Shown: piece after piece, positions 25,000-37,835 of the stretch
Numbering within the stretch: the stretch's first letter is position 1
Layout of the letters: every line of letters begins with the position of its first letter
Source: Lytechinus pictus
Lineage: Eukaryota
NCBI RefSeq assembly: GCF_037042905.1
Contig: NC_087251.1
Span: 3,412,001-3,476,000, forward strand
DNA length: 64,000 nucleotides
Direction of reading: 5' to 3'
The notes under the pieces: model-generated
Told to the model about the DNA's origin: nothing
The model's database searches: none
The model's input: the letters and a program-made list of their open reading frames with translations, nothing else
Program-made: the position numbers and the translations under genes

Positions 25000-27162
25000 G
25001 GAGATTTCTCAAAATTATCATCAAGGAATATTGTCAGATATCAATCCAGCTGAGGAAGAAAAAAAATGTGACGAGAATTATGAATCTGTGCTCTTGACTT
25101 GAGTTACAGACAAAAAAGTAGTTTAAAAAACAAACAACAAAAGGAGGTATCCATTTCATTTTCAATTATGAAATGGATGGTATCTAATGACAATTACCGT
25201 TATATAGAAAATATGATGTGAAATTTCAACTCAACATCTACACAATGTGCACTCTTTCATGTCATTTTTATATGTTAAGGCATTAAAAATGTGTATTTTC
25301 TTTTACATATGGGGTGTATGTACAGACCAAGTAGTTTTAAAAGTCCAGTAGAATTAAAGGTTTCTTCTTGATGCCTTATCACCCCAAAAAAAATACCAAT
25401 CTTACATTTGTGACAAGTCATGTTTTGGAGAATCAAAATTGATCAGTATTTTTTCTACAATTGCCACCTCTCAAAATATTTAAAATGTTTTCGTTTTTTC
25501 CTGCATTACAACTCAAACATGGAATGGGGTGAAAATTTCAGGATAGATTTCTGCTACAGGCCAAATCTCTATATATTTCAGATAAACTCGTTAAAAAAAC
25601 CCTTAATTTAAACGAGGAGATGGAATGAATCTGATTAATGGAGAAAATAACATTTTTATCAGGAGAAAAGTTATGTAACCTATTATGTATAGAAGCTAAA
25701 GGAAATAAAAACATTATTAAGAAGACTTAAATGACATATTGAAATGTTGTAAATATTTTTTACAATCTTCTTACCAAATTCCATTTTGTGAGATATACAT
25801 GTAAGATATTTTTTCTTCAAACAGCCATATCACTTAATAATATTACTATCTCTCCTTTTGCACAAATTATTTCATTCTCTAGGATACCTGCATCTTTGAT
25901 ATCTAGCTATTTTCATGTGTATATTAATCTGTTGCATATTACTAACACTGCAAATATATGAGCCTTTTAAGTAATGCATACCCAGAATAGTGTTCATCAT
26001 TAAAAAAACACAAGTGGAGCACCTCTGGCAGTCTCGCCTGCGTTACGCGATTTATAGCAGCAGTGGTGACTCTGAAAACTACTATAAAATTCACGTACAA
26101 CAATTAAAAAGCTTAAAACAACATTTACAATGTACATCCTACAAAGTAAACAGTGCAAAATTGAGAGGTTTCCTTCTCGCTGTGTCTTTGAAGGTCATAC
26201 ATTATACAGTCATAGACCAACATTTCCCAAATAACAATCGCTCATCGAGTGGAGAAATAAAAAAAATGTACCATCTATGGTCTACTGTTATGTTGCTAAA
26301 CATTTTTCATAAGAAAAATCAATACAACAATATAGGCCTACTGGTAGGAGTAGAAAAAAATATCAAATCATGGCCAATGCATTTTAATTATCCAAACATT
26401 AACTACCAGTATATATCTGACCTATCAAAACAAAAATCAAAGCAGACTTAAACAAATCTATAAGATATATTTATGATTCTCTCCTTGTTGAAACTGACCT
26501 TCTAGTTTTCCCTCCCCCCATGATTTTAATAAAAGAAGAAAGTGCACCCCTCCCCCACACTTCCCAAGTCCCCACTTCTTTGTCAACCTAGCATCTTGGG
26601 TTCACACCAAGCAACATCTGCAAAATTACAAAAGGATCTTATTTCATTTAGCTGTAATAAAATAGTGTGAGAGCCTAATCAACATTTACGATGCCCATTA
26701 TATATGCCTCAAAGGGAGAATAAGAGTTTTCCAAGTCATTTGATACTGCCCATGGCCACAACAGACATAAAATTGTAAGCCCGTGTTGCTGTTGGAACCA
26801 ACCACTGCATGGTTTTTATAAGTGAAAATCCCTGAAAACCCATTCATCTAAAACTGGACTTTGTATGATCATCAATTCAACAAAATTATCATTCATTGTA
26901 GACTAATAAATACTACTCGTTTAAATGGGAATGCAGATCATGCAACGTTATTAACGTTATTCTGGCTACATCGTGTAAGCTAGTACAGTAGTAGAGAGAA
27001 GAGAAACGCCTCCTTACAGCTGTTATACAACCGAGGCATTCACATGATTAAGAATTAAAAATTCACACTGCCAAGAAAGAAAAGTTAGGACTAGGAGTAG
27101 ACTAGTAGTGGTGTCTTGCGAAGTTGGACGACAATTATAATAAAGATTGAAAAACTACTGAC

Positions 27163-27700
27163 CGTTAAAGTAATATGGCTCCTCAAACAATGATGCTCGA
27201 AACAATGCTTGCATTCCTCAATCAAACAAACGCAGCTACATGTAGATTGCTTTCATCGCCAAGCAAGATCTTGACGATGATGTTAAATTACACACAGAAA
27301 TTCCGCAACATGTCTGGTATGGGGGTCAGGGACGTCCATCCAGGAGAGAAATCGAAACACAACTGCTGCTAGCGATGAACGCAGTCACATGCACGGGACC
27401 GGTGATGATGATGATGTAGTCAGTGCTCGCTATAAAACCGATGCGATTGTACTTGCTGCTGATCTGATTTTACTATTTATTACTCTTCCTTTGACAAGAA
27501 TCATATCAGTTCACGTTTGAATTTAATTGCGTTTAAAACTGCCGCTCGGCTCAACTTAATCAATTACTTTCATATGAAATATCTCGATTATATTCGTACA
27601 GATGTATTTGACGGGGAACTGGCAGAGGGGAGGAGTTAATCTAGGTGGGTGTGGTCGTACCGTCGTATGGTGCACCCTATAGAGCCGCGCCCCCCAACAG
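27163..27700 (-). promoter_or_regulatory. Probable non-coding first exon and CpG-richer promoter region of the LTD-repeat gene
   Basis: Donor ACG|GTCAGT at 27162. CpG/GC content rises locally at 27170-27700. The first coding exon opens with a splice acceptor 50 nt before the ATG, so an upstream exon is required. Confidence 0.5.
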
Positions 27701-28632
27701 CTCCGTAATTTTCCAAGTCCATTTGGTACAGTCACTCGCTTTAATGGTATTACATAAGTCTTAAGCCTATAAACTGTTAAAAACAAATTGTAGCCAAAGT
27801 GGAAATCAGGTGATGGTTGGACTCAACGAATGGAGTGGGTTTAATAGCCACCATGGTTAGACGATCATCAAAGAATTATCTGACTGAATATTATTATTTC
27901 AGATAATGACAATTTTATACCTAAAAAAGTGTACAGAGGTTTTTTAAATATTTATTTTAGACTTATTAAGATATTCACTTTCCACATTGTTTTCATTTCC
28001 ATCCTTTTTTTTTTTATATTGTAATTCTCTTTTGGATTGAAAACAAACCGTCATTGATTGCAATGTAATGGTATTTGATCATAGGCCTGTGCCCATCAAA
28101 ATAGAGACTATAAAACCAAGATTTAAATGACTAATATAAATAGCATAGGTAATCATAATATAGAAACAGTTAGGGACATAAATTATATAAAAATGGAAGT
28201 CAGGCACGAAACAAATAGGTAGACGGAAGAAAAAAAAGAATCAAACTGTACCGAAACACATACATGTCATCATAAAAAAATAAATAAATTGTAAGTGAAT
28301 AAAAAGTAACCACCACAACATAGGCAGATAGTGAAATTGATAAATAAATCCTCAGATTGTATAGGCCAACATGCATATTATAATGTGCAAATAAAGTATA
28401 TAAGACTAACAATTAATGACATTAACAAGCAGAACCTACAAAATAATGAATAGGTATAAAACTAACAGGGATGGGGGTGCAGACTTACGATCCACGATCA
28501 TGAGCAAAATGAAAAGAGAGAAAGGGAAAGAAAAGGAAATACAGTAAAGAAAGGCATAAGATAAATATAATTCTGATGTTACTTTCTGAATATCATGTCA
28601 AAATATATATAGGCCTACAGTATCACCAATTG

Positions 28633-29195
28633 GGCTTTCATTTTGAAAAGATGAATTTTTGCTCTAAGTTTGCTCGCTCGGGACTTTAAAGAAATGTTGT
28701 CACACCGGCCAGGTTGTACCCCTTCATTTTATTTGTACTCTTTCTACCCGGCTTGTTATCCCACGTCGGGGGGGGGGGGGGTAGGGCTGCTTCTCCTCTT
28801 CAATCTGTTCCCCCTGGCCTTTCATTTTGAAAAGATGAATTTTTGCTCTAAGTTTGCTCGCTCGGGACTTTAAAGAAATGTTGTCACACCGGCCAGGTTG
28901 TACCCCTTCATTTTATTTGTACTCTTTCTATATACCCGGCTTGTTATCCCACGTCGGGGGGGGGGGGGTAGGGCTGCTTCTCCTCTTCAATCTGTTCCCC
29001 CTGGCCTTTCATTTTGAAAAGATGAATTTTTGCTCTAAGTTTGCTCGCTCGGGACTTTAAAGAAATGTTGTCACACCGGCCAGGTTGTACCCCTTCATTT
29101 TATTTGTACTCTTTCTACCCGGCTTGTTATCCCACGTCGGGGGGGGGGGGGGGGGGGGGCTAGGGCTGCTTCTCCTCGTCAATCTGTTCCCCCTC
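28633..29195. repeat. Three tandem ~185-bp units with variable poly-G
   Basis: Unit CTTTCATTTTGAAAAGATGAATTTTTGCTCTAAG...CCACGTC(G)nTAGGGCTGC; copies near-identical. Confidence 0.9.
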
Positions 29196-29969
29196 TTCCT
29201 TTTATTTCCCTTTCTATTCCATGCAAGGTATTTTCGTACCCGAAATTCACTTTTCATCTCCTTTTTTACTTTCCATTCCTTTGTGGGAAAATAGGATTTT
29301 AAAATGACCCCTGCTTTTTAAAGGACCTCGCCCTATTATCAAGCTATACGTTCAAAAGCAGAGACTGTACGTCTTTAAAAAAAATTATCTTTACCCTGTT
29401 TTTCTCTATCATCTCTCCCTCCTCAGTTTCCCTTTCTCTGTTTTCCTTTTCCATTCATCAGTCTCTTCTCCTTTTTTTTTATTCCTCCCCCTTCATTCCC
29501 TCTCCCTTTTCCTTCTCTTTTGTCCTTTTCCCCCTTCATTTTACTGCATTTCCCCCTCTCCCTTTAGTTCCTTAGTGTGCCCCTTTCTTTTCTTTCCACT
29601 CTCCGTTTCCTTCTTTCCATTCTCTTCCCCCTTCCCTTTTCTTATTCCTCCCCGTTCACTTAATTTCCTTATCTTTCCGTCTCACTTTCCCTTCCTTTGC
29701 TACTTCTCTCCATTTCCTTTATTCGATACCAGGGGGCCACTTCCATTGACGACAGTGGCGTATAACAGGGGTCGGTGGCGGGGGGGGGGGGGGGGGGGGC
29801 AAGAGCAACAATTTTCCCAGTCATATCGATAAATAAGGAAAGTGGCGTAATGAGGAAAAAAATAAAAATTGACGGGGCCAGATATGGTGCATGGGGTAGA
29901 ATTTATGTATTCATTTTTTAAAGAAAAAAAAATGACATTTTGTTATAGTAGACCGGCCAAAATTATTTT

Positions 29970-31240
29970 TCATACTTTGGACGGCAAAATTTGTTAATAC
30001 TTGCTAATGCTTGGCATCCCAGCTAAAAGTCTTGCAAAAATACCCAGGAATAGCGTACGACCGGATGCCAAGCGCACTTTAGCGTGAAAGTGTCATTTTT
30101 AGCGTAAAATCTGAAATGTCGAAAATCACGCATTTTGATATTTTGACGGATTATTTTAAAGTTTTCGATTACGATTCTTTTTATTTCATAGTTACAAATA
30201 ATAAGTCTCATAATTATACATTTCAAACTTGAATATTACACTCACATATATCATGTATATGGCACAGTGAAACATAAAACCGCGATTTCCTCAAAATAAT
30301 TGTGAAAACTATCAATAGTTTGAAGTTTTTTACGCAATTTAAATTCTTAGATTTAAATTCGTTTATCATGTTTATCCACCGAATGTATAGTAAATATCCT
30401 AATACCACAAATATTAAAATAATTTTTAAGTAAGATGGAAGATATCTCATTTTATTTTATCCGAAAGGAGTCGATGTGTACTTTACCATGTGCGCATTTT
30501 GAAAGAAAATTGAAAATACCGTACAGTATGTACATAATTTCATTGTATAAGTACATACTAAAACGAGTTTTTATACTTTGGATAGCAAAATTTGTCAATT
30601 CTTGGCACCCCAGCTTAAAGTCGTGCGGAAATACTGAGGAATAACGTACGGGCAGATGTCACACTTTTGCGTGAAAGTATCATTTTTGGCGTAAAATCTG
30701 ATAGAATGTCAAAAATCACGCATTTTGATATTTTGACGGAATTTGTAAAGAATTTTGATTACCTTTGATATGCGATCATTTTGATTTGGAGTTTCAAATT
30801 ATAAGTCTATTAAATACACATTTCAAATTGGAATCTTACACACATATTTATATGGCACTATGAAACATAAACCGTGATTTACTCGAAATAAAAGTTTGTG
30901 AACACTATAAATAGTTTTTTTGCAACTTAAATTATTCGATTTAAATGGGTTTATCTATTGAATATTTATTTATTTATTTATTTATTAGGTCTTCTTTATA
31001 CAGGGTAGCCCTTTCAATATCGAGTATTGTTCTGCCAAGGGGCCCTGTCTATATCAATCGTTCTAACGTCACAAATATTAAAAGAATGTTCAAGTAAGAT
31101 GGAACATATATATTATCCGAAAGGGGACATGCATAATTTATCGGGGGGGGGGGGGAGCTAGGGGGCATTTTGAATGTAAAATTGAATACATCGTACATTA
31201 AAAACAAAATTTCATGAATAAGTGCATACTTAAAACGAGT
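29970..31240. repeat. Diverged ~600-bp tandem duplication
   Basis: ATACTTTGGA..GCAAAATTTGT..CTTGGCA.CCCAGCT..AAAATCACGCATTTTGATATTTTGACGGA occurs at ~29972 and ~30574. Confidence 0.8.
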
Positions 31241-31829
31241 TACAACATTTCTGGCCGCAACTGCCCCTACCCCACCCCCCCCCCCCCGCTGCCTAAGGTC
31301 ATTTGTAGTGCCCGAAAGGATTACATGGGACTGAAAATATCGCTTTTTCAAGATAATATACCCATAGGTCCATGATATACCCAAAGTATTCTGCTCGCGA
31401 TTCGAGTGTTTATTTTATTTTGGTTTAGCGAGATAGGCACCCTGCTCAAGATTACAAAAATATGCCAAATACATTCTCGACTCGAGCGTCGCGCTGTCAT
31501 TTTTTTTGTACTAAACGAGATAAACAACTTGCTATCTGTTTAAAAAAAATTGCTTGAAGTGTCAACTTCTTAGAAAATCAAAAATTTTAGCTCGCCCTTC
31601 GCGCTGACATTGTTTAGTTAAATACGTATCCAGTCCATTACTACATAAATTGGATAAATAAATTTATCCAATATTAGCTCGCGCTTTACTTACTACATTA
31701 AAACATGTTTAAAATGCTTTGTTAATTCGAAATTTTCAGCTAACGCTTCGCGCTCGCATCAATCCTATACTGATATTGTTCATGATTTGGTGATTTTTAT
31801 TTTACCTCATTAATATGCTAAGAAAGCAT

Positions 31830-32000
31830 GAATGCTTCAAAGCAAGCAACCAGAGGACCGACGGCTTAAGGTACTCTTCGAAGGACCTATAATGAGGATT
31901 TAAATGCCTTACTAGCATTACTAGTATGGCATTTAAATGCATTACTTGGCACTAGCGCACCAAGTGGGAATCCGAAACCCCCTCACTGCTGATTGAGCCA
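31830..32000 (-). mobile_element. Degenerate SINE fragment with a Nin/Deu-like core
   Basis: Minus strand GTCCTTCGAAGAGTACCTTAAGCCGTCGGTCC, with a degenerate B-box upstream. Family assignment is from recollection. Confidence 0.4.
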
Positions 32001-33600
32001 TAAAGCTGGCGCTTGTACTGACCCTTTTTAACAGATACATAGCATTTATTTAAAAAAAATTAAATGCTCCGTTTTCATGTCAGAATATTGAAAATTTCTG
32101 ATTTTATTTACATTATAATTAGATACAAATCATGTTCATGATTACTTTAGGAATCGTTAAAATTTCTAACTTTCAGCTCTAAATTTCATGGCATATATAT
32201 ACAAAAAAATGCTTCGTTTTTCAAAGCTCATTTCATCACATGCATTGCCGAGATCCATTGTCGGGAAATGCAGTCGTACGAGTACACCGTTAGAAAATTT
32301 ATCCTTAATTAAAATAAAAGAAGTTTCTGCAGCAGAGTCTCTAGAACACCTGTAATCTTTCCAGATTACGTAATCTTACAGGAAATTGGTATTTGGTGTA
32401 TGGAACCTTACAAATTTTCTTGAAGAAAACACCCTTTTCCCCTTTTTATACAGACCTGCTCTATTAAATTGCAGAAAAATTCCTGTTTTATGAATTTACA
32501 GAATGATTCTGTTATTGCTTTCTGCAAAATCTTCTTTCTTTTTTCTATAAAATCCGTTTTTTTTAACACTGTAGAAAATGTTTTGGAAACGACAAGCATA
32601 TGACTCATGCTTTTTATTTTATGAAATATCTAAAGGTATAAATTCGAAGTTAAGAAGAAAATGTAATAAGAAGAGACTTGATTTAAAACAGGTCTCAAAG
32701 GTTTTTTCAATCCTTTAGTTCCTGGATCGTTATTTTATCTATGTATATTTTTGTATGTGACTTTGTATAAAACGATTGTAAATATCATATGAACAAATAA
32801 AGTCCCTCTTATGAGGATTAAAGAGAGAAAAAATGTTAATCATGATTAAAATGACCATTAGTGCTTCGTGTGTTTAGATGTAATTGTAACAAAATCAGCA
32901 AGCGCTTGGCACTCGTATAGATGACTATGGTGAGATATTAAGTATACTCTTACTGGATTCCAAACTTGAATGGCACTGTCTTTAAAATGTCTCTATGAAG
33001 CGCGCTCACTAAGTGACTCGATTGTTTTACTGGTGCCCCCCCCCCCCCATGCCGTGACACACGGTACGCCACTGGTCAAGGGTATCGTTTTGTTTCCATT
33101 ACTTGATAAGGGTAGAGTTTCACACGCCAATACTTGTTAAGGGGTGCATTTTCAGAATATGGAAAATATACTTGTTTAGGGTACTTTTCGAAACCCCATG
33201 GTCGCGCCTGGTATCCACTCGTCAATGGAAGTGGCCCCCGGGGTATTCGATTAATAAAAAGAATTCGAATTGAACACTTTTCTTGAAGAGGCATATAAAG
33301 CTCTTCGAGTTTAAACGCCTGTGATATAAAAAAAAAAACATTTTCCCTGTAAAATTTTTCCAACTATGACCTCAGGCACTGAGGTCATTGTTAGAAAGCT
33401 CGATGGAATTCCTGAAATCAGATTCATGAAAGATTGATGTGTTATTTACATGCCTTCGGGTATATATTTGCTTTTCTGGCAATGATCTTATATTATGCGG
33501 ATACCGTTTTGAAGGTTTATAATCTGAAGTAGGCATATCGTTATTCTGGAACACGAAAATTGCATGTAAGTACCAGATGTTCGTTAATCAGAATTTTTAA

Positions 33601-34202
33601 AGGTCAAATTCACCCCAGATAAATTAATGTTGATTTGAATCCATAGAGAAAAATCTAACAAAATGTAACGCTGAAAACTACATCAAAATCCGATGTAAAA
33701 TAATAAGGTTATGCCATTTTAAAGTTTCGCCGGCTTATTTTTCACATAATAATTATATGAACAAGTCAGTGACATGCAAATGAGAAAGTCGATGATGTCC
33801 CTCAATCACTATTTCTTTTGTTGTTATACAATATACAATATTTCATTTTTCACAAATTTGACAATAAGGACCAACATGGCTGAACCATAAAATGTTTTAA
33901 AAATGGTACTTCCACATGTTCAGAGAGGAATAAACTTTCTTTCACATGAAAATGAGGAAAAATTTAGAATATATCATATTTCACATAATAAAATACAAAA
34001 GAAATAGTGAGTGGCTGACGTCATCAGTCCCCTCATTTGCATACAGACCAGGATGTGAATATAACTGTTTTGTGAAATTAAGCGAAATTTTAAAATGTCA
34101 CAACTTTCTTATTTTACATCCGATTTTGAGTTTTCAGTGTTATGCTTGTTGAATTTTTCTCTTTTTATTCAAATCAACTTTTTGTTGGGGTGGACTTGTC
34201 CT
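33601..34202. mobile_element. TTAA-flanked Kolobok-like MITE, copy 2
   Basis: TTAA AGGTCAAATTCACCCC...GGGGTGGACTTGTCCT; colinear with the other copies. Confidence 0.75.
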
Positions 34203-35004
34203 TTGATTTTTTTAAATCTGAACACATTGTGGCTTTATTTAAATGCGTGGTTCATTTCAAAGAACTTTAAAAGGGTGTGCTTTTCCGAAGACTAGTTCTA
34301 AGGTTTATTCACAACGCCCAAAATTAGTGAAAGATTGAAATGGTATTTTCATTGTATAGGGATACACTGGAAATAATTTTTATCGACAATGAAGTGGATA
34401 TATTGAGACATTTAAAGGATTAAATCATCAAAATTTAAATTGAACTTCTTTCTTTTTCTAGTCATAATCTTTCGACCAAAATTTTAATTAATGAATAATT
34501 TTCAAAAGCTCTGCTAGGGAATCACTCTTTATCTACAAATGCAAAACATGTAGAATATTTGAGCGACATTTTTCGTTGATTTCTACTTCTTGATATTTTT
34601 TAGGTTAATTATTACCAGAGTCGATAATTCTCTCTTTAGTCACAGACCACGTATAGGCTTTTAAAACTGTTCATGAGGATGATTCTGAGCGAGCCTATAT
34701 TGGAAGCATGAAAATGTATGCACTTTGACGGTCTTGGAACAAAATTCAGCTGAAATACCACACGAGTGTTGCACTTATAATATCATTGAATTACGATGGG
34801 TTTTTATGAATGTCATGGGTGCCAGAAACAATGTAGATTTCATTATAATTTTGATAAACCAATATTTATACCAAACAATTTGCCAATGAATATCTAGATG
34901 GAATGGGATTTAAGTTTATCCATGAAATCACATCACAGTGTATTTGGTATATATCTTTATCATTGAAATAAAGTATGATTTTACATGGTTATTTCAATTC
35001 TTAG

Positions 35005-35430
35005 GAGGAAGAGAAGTAGTAGAAGAGGAAAATATAAACAAGTGGAGGAGGAAGAGGAAAAAGTATAAGTATAAGAAAAGGAAGGAGAAGAGGAAAGAGA
35101 AGAAGAAGAAGAAGAAAAAGAAGACAAAGAAGAAGAAGAAGAAGAGGAAGAGGAAGAGAAAGAGGAAAGAGAAGAAGAAAAAGGAGAAGAAAAAGAGGAA
35201 GAGAAAGAGGAAAGAGAAGAAGAAAAAGGAGAAGAAAAAGAGGAAGAGAAAGAGGAAAGAGAAGAAAAAGAGGAAGAGAAAGAGGAAAGAGAAGAAAAAG
35301 AGGAAGAGAAAGAGGAAAGAGAAGAAAAAAAGGGAGAGAAAGAGGTAGGAGAAGAAAAAAGGAAGAGAAAGAGGAAAAAGAAGAAATAGTAGAAGAGGAA
35401 GAAGATTAAGTTAGAGAAATGAGAAAAAAG
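35005..35430. repeat. Polypurine (GAA/GAG/AAA) low-complexity tract abutting the truncated PLE 5' end
   Basis: AAGAGGAAGAGAAAGAGGAAAGAGAAGAAA units. Confidence 0.9.
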
Positions 35431-35684
35431 AGTTCTTTTTAGATGCACCCCCTTCTGATCCCGAGCCCTTCTACAAGAAAAGCACATGGATTCCACCTAA
35501 GAATAGAGTTCCTTCCCTTGAAACTTACATCCAAGCTGTCTCATCCCAAGTTCGCTCCACAGATACCCTCGACACCAGAGCACATGACAACCTTCCTCGA
35601 GAAGAACGCCAGGCTCTCTCATCACTCAAAAACAGGTCCGACATCATCATCAAGCCTGCAGACAAAGGATCAGCCGTCGTTGTT

Positions 35685-37475
35685 ATGGACCGCCAGCAGT
35701 ACATCGATGAAGCCATGAAACATCTCAATAATCGATCTCACTATGCACTCCTCGATTCTGACCCTACTTGTAATTTCTCCCTACAGATCCAATCGACACT
35801 GAATGACATGAAAGAACGCGAGTATCTCTCTGAGAAGGCCCACAAATTTCTCTCCCCTACTAATGCTAAACCTGCCCGCTTCTATCTCCTCCCGAAGATC
35901 CACAAACCTGGCAACCCCGGTCGACCCATCCTCTCAGGAAATGGTTCCTCAACAGAGAACATCTCCCTTTTTGTTGATTACCACATTAAGCCCCTTGTCT
36001 CACGTGCACCCTCTTACATCCACGACACTCCAGACTTTCTCAGGAAACTAAATGACATCAAGGACCAGATACCCGAGACTGCGATCATCGGCACTTTCGA
36101 TGTTTCTTCACTGTACACCAGCATTCCCCACGACGAAGGTATCCAAGCATCATGTGAAGCCTTGGCCGCCAGTGGCCATTCCAGTCCCCCCATATCCGAT
36201 ATCAAATCTCTGATGTCTCATGTACTAACAAAAAACAACTTCACATTCATGGGCAAGCACTACCTACAGATATTCGGTACAGCAATGGGCACCCGGATGG
36301 CTCCTTCATTCGCCTGTCTCTTCATGACGAAGCTGGAACAGCAGATGTTAGATTCAGCCCCCTGTCGCCCATGGATTTGGTGGCATTACATAGACGACAT
36401 TTTCTTCATCTGGACCAGGGATGAAGACAGCCTCCATACATTCATTGACCACATCAATTCCTTCCACAGGACCATCCAATTCACTTCTGATTTCTCCCAA
36501 CAGGAAACCCACTTCCTTGATGTTACAGTCCAGAAAAAGTCTAATGGTATCACCACTACCCTATACTCTAAACCCACAGATACCCACCAGTACCTCCACT
36601 CATCCAGCTGCCACCCCCGTCACTGCAAAACCGGCATCGCTTACAGTAAAGCCCTCAGACTTCGCCGTATCTGCTCCGAGGACCCTGATTTTTCCTTCCA
36701 TGCCAGGAATCTGCAGAAACATCTCTGTGCTAGGGGCCACGGGGCCAGGGCAGTCCAACTGGCAATTAACAAAGTTCGTTCTCTCCCCAGATCTGAAGTT
36801 CTCAAACCAAAAAGTGACAAGGAGACCACCGACAGAATACCGCTTGTGACCACCTTCCATCCCAATCTACCCCCTCTCCGCAAAATCCTGTTTGATAACC
36901 ACCACATTTTACACACTTCTGATCGTCTCCAACAGGCCGTTCCCGATACTCCCCTTCTAGCATACCGACGCCCACCGAATCTCAGGGACCTCATTGTTCG
37001 TGCTGAAGTGCCCTCCCTCACTAACCATTCTTCTCCCATACAGCATGGCACCTTCAAATGCACCAGCAACAGGTGCATCATATGTGAAATACACCTTCAC
37101 GAGGGCGATACTTTCACCAGCAACTCTACCAGCCTGTCTCACCAAATCAAGGGCAACATCACATGCACTACCACTAATGTTGTATATCTCATCACTTGCA
37201 GAGTTTGTAGGGTACAATACATAGGGGAAACCAAGACCACACTCAAGAAACGATTCTACGGGCACAGATCCACCGTCAACACAGCAAAGCTGGACACTCC
37301 AGTTGGCCGCCATTTTAACCTCCCCAACCACTCCATCACTGACATGATGCTACAGGGCATCGAATCTTTAGGTACCCGTCCTGACTCAGTCCGTACTAGC
37401 AGGGAGAAGCTCTGGATGAGACGACTTCGCACCACCCAACCTCATGGCCTGAACATCCAAGAGGGGAACGACTGA
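35685..37475 (+). CDS. Penelope-like reverse transcriptase + GIY-YIG endonuclease (N-terminally truncated)
   Basis: RT motifs FYLLPKIHKP..PGRPI, FDVSSLYTSIP, QIFGTAMGTRMAP, YIDDIF, FLDV. Cys linker CTSNRCIIC. GIY-YIG motif NVVYLITCRVCRVQYIGET..RFYGH..HF..REKLW..GLN. No internal stops. Confidence 0.93.
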   Translation: MDRQQYIDEAMKHLNNRSHYALLDSDPTCNFSLQIQSTLNDMKEREYLSEKAHKFLSPTNAKPARFYLLPKIHKPGNPGRPILSGNGSSTENISLFVDYHIKPLVSRAPSYIHDTPDFLRKLNDIKDQIPETAIIGTFDVSSLYTSIPHDEGIQASCEALAASGHSSPPISDIKSLMSHVLTKNNFTFMGKHYLQIFGTAMGTRMAPSFACLFMTKLEQQMLDSAPCRPWIWWHYIDDIFFIWTRDEDSLHTFIDHINSFHRTIQFTSDFSQQETHFLDVTVQKKSNGITTTLYSKPTDTHQYLHSSSCHPRHCKTGIAYSKALRLRRICSEDPDFSFHARNLQKHLCARGHGARAVQLAINKVRSLPRSEVLKPKSDKETTDRIPLVTTFHPNLPPLRKILFDNHHILHTSDRLQQAVPDTPLLAYRRPPNLRDLIVRAEVPSLTNHSSPIQHGTFKCTSNRCIICEIHLHEGDTFTSNSTSLSHQIKGNITCTTTNVVYLITCRVCRVQYIGETKTTLKKRFYGHRSTVNTAKLDTPVGRHFNLPNHSITDMMLQGIESLGTRPDSVRTSREKLWMRRLRTTQPHGLNIQEGND

Positions 37476-37794
37476 TTTTTCTTTCCTATCCACTTTCAAT
37501 TTATATATACATATAATTTTTCCCCTTAGCTCTTTTGAATAGTTACATTATAGTTTCTTACTCTACTTTCCTCCCATATCTCATACAAGCTCAGCTCCAA
37601 TTTTTCCTTCCTTATTCAGGCGATATAATAATTATTATATATATATATATATATAATCGCTAGAGGGTATTCATTTGTCTCGCAATCTACTATGGTCAAC
37701 AAGGAAATTCGTGATCACTCTCGCAAAAAGTGTTCACTGGCTTTCTAGGAAATTCGTGATCACTCTCGCAAAAAGTGTTCACTAGCTTACAAGT

Positions 37795-37835
37795 TCACGA
37801 GCTTTCGAGTGCCGCTGCAACTCTTTATCAAGTGA
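37795..37835 (-). ncRNA. Second hammerhead-like motif, from a different PLE-end fragment in antisense orientation
   Basis: Minus strand TCAC-TTGATAA-A-GAGTTGC/AGCG/GCACTC-GAA-AGCT-C-GTGA: stem I TCAC/GTGA, U3:A8 covariant core, AGCT palindrome and a CUC triplet. Confidence 0.55.

Larger units (their letters stand above)
29728..33243. mobile_element. TIR element with 8-bp TSD, enlarged by a nested hAT-like insertion
   Basis: TIR GGGGGCCACTTCCATTGACGA / TCGTCAATGGAAGTGGCCCCC. TSD TATTCGAT (29720-29727 and 33244-33251). Inner element CAGTGGCGTA (29753)...TACGCCACTG (33074). Confidence 0.75.

Noticed and set aside
25990..26451. 153-aa plus-strand ORF
   Set aside because: It starts in a HINE-like repeat end, has no recognisable motifs and lies antisense in the probable first intron.
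28670..29294. Three repeated 67-69 aa ORFs
   Set aside because: By-products of the 185-bp tandem repeat with variable poly-G; the frame is not conserved between copies.
34938..35496. Lys/Arg-rich (+) and Ser/Phe-rich (-) ORFs
   Set aside because: They are translations of a polypurine simple repeat.
35863..37331. Overlapping alternative-frame and antisense ORFs within the PLE
   Set aside because: Shadow ORFs of a C-rich coding sequence, with no motifs.
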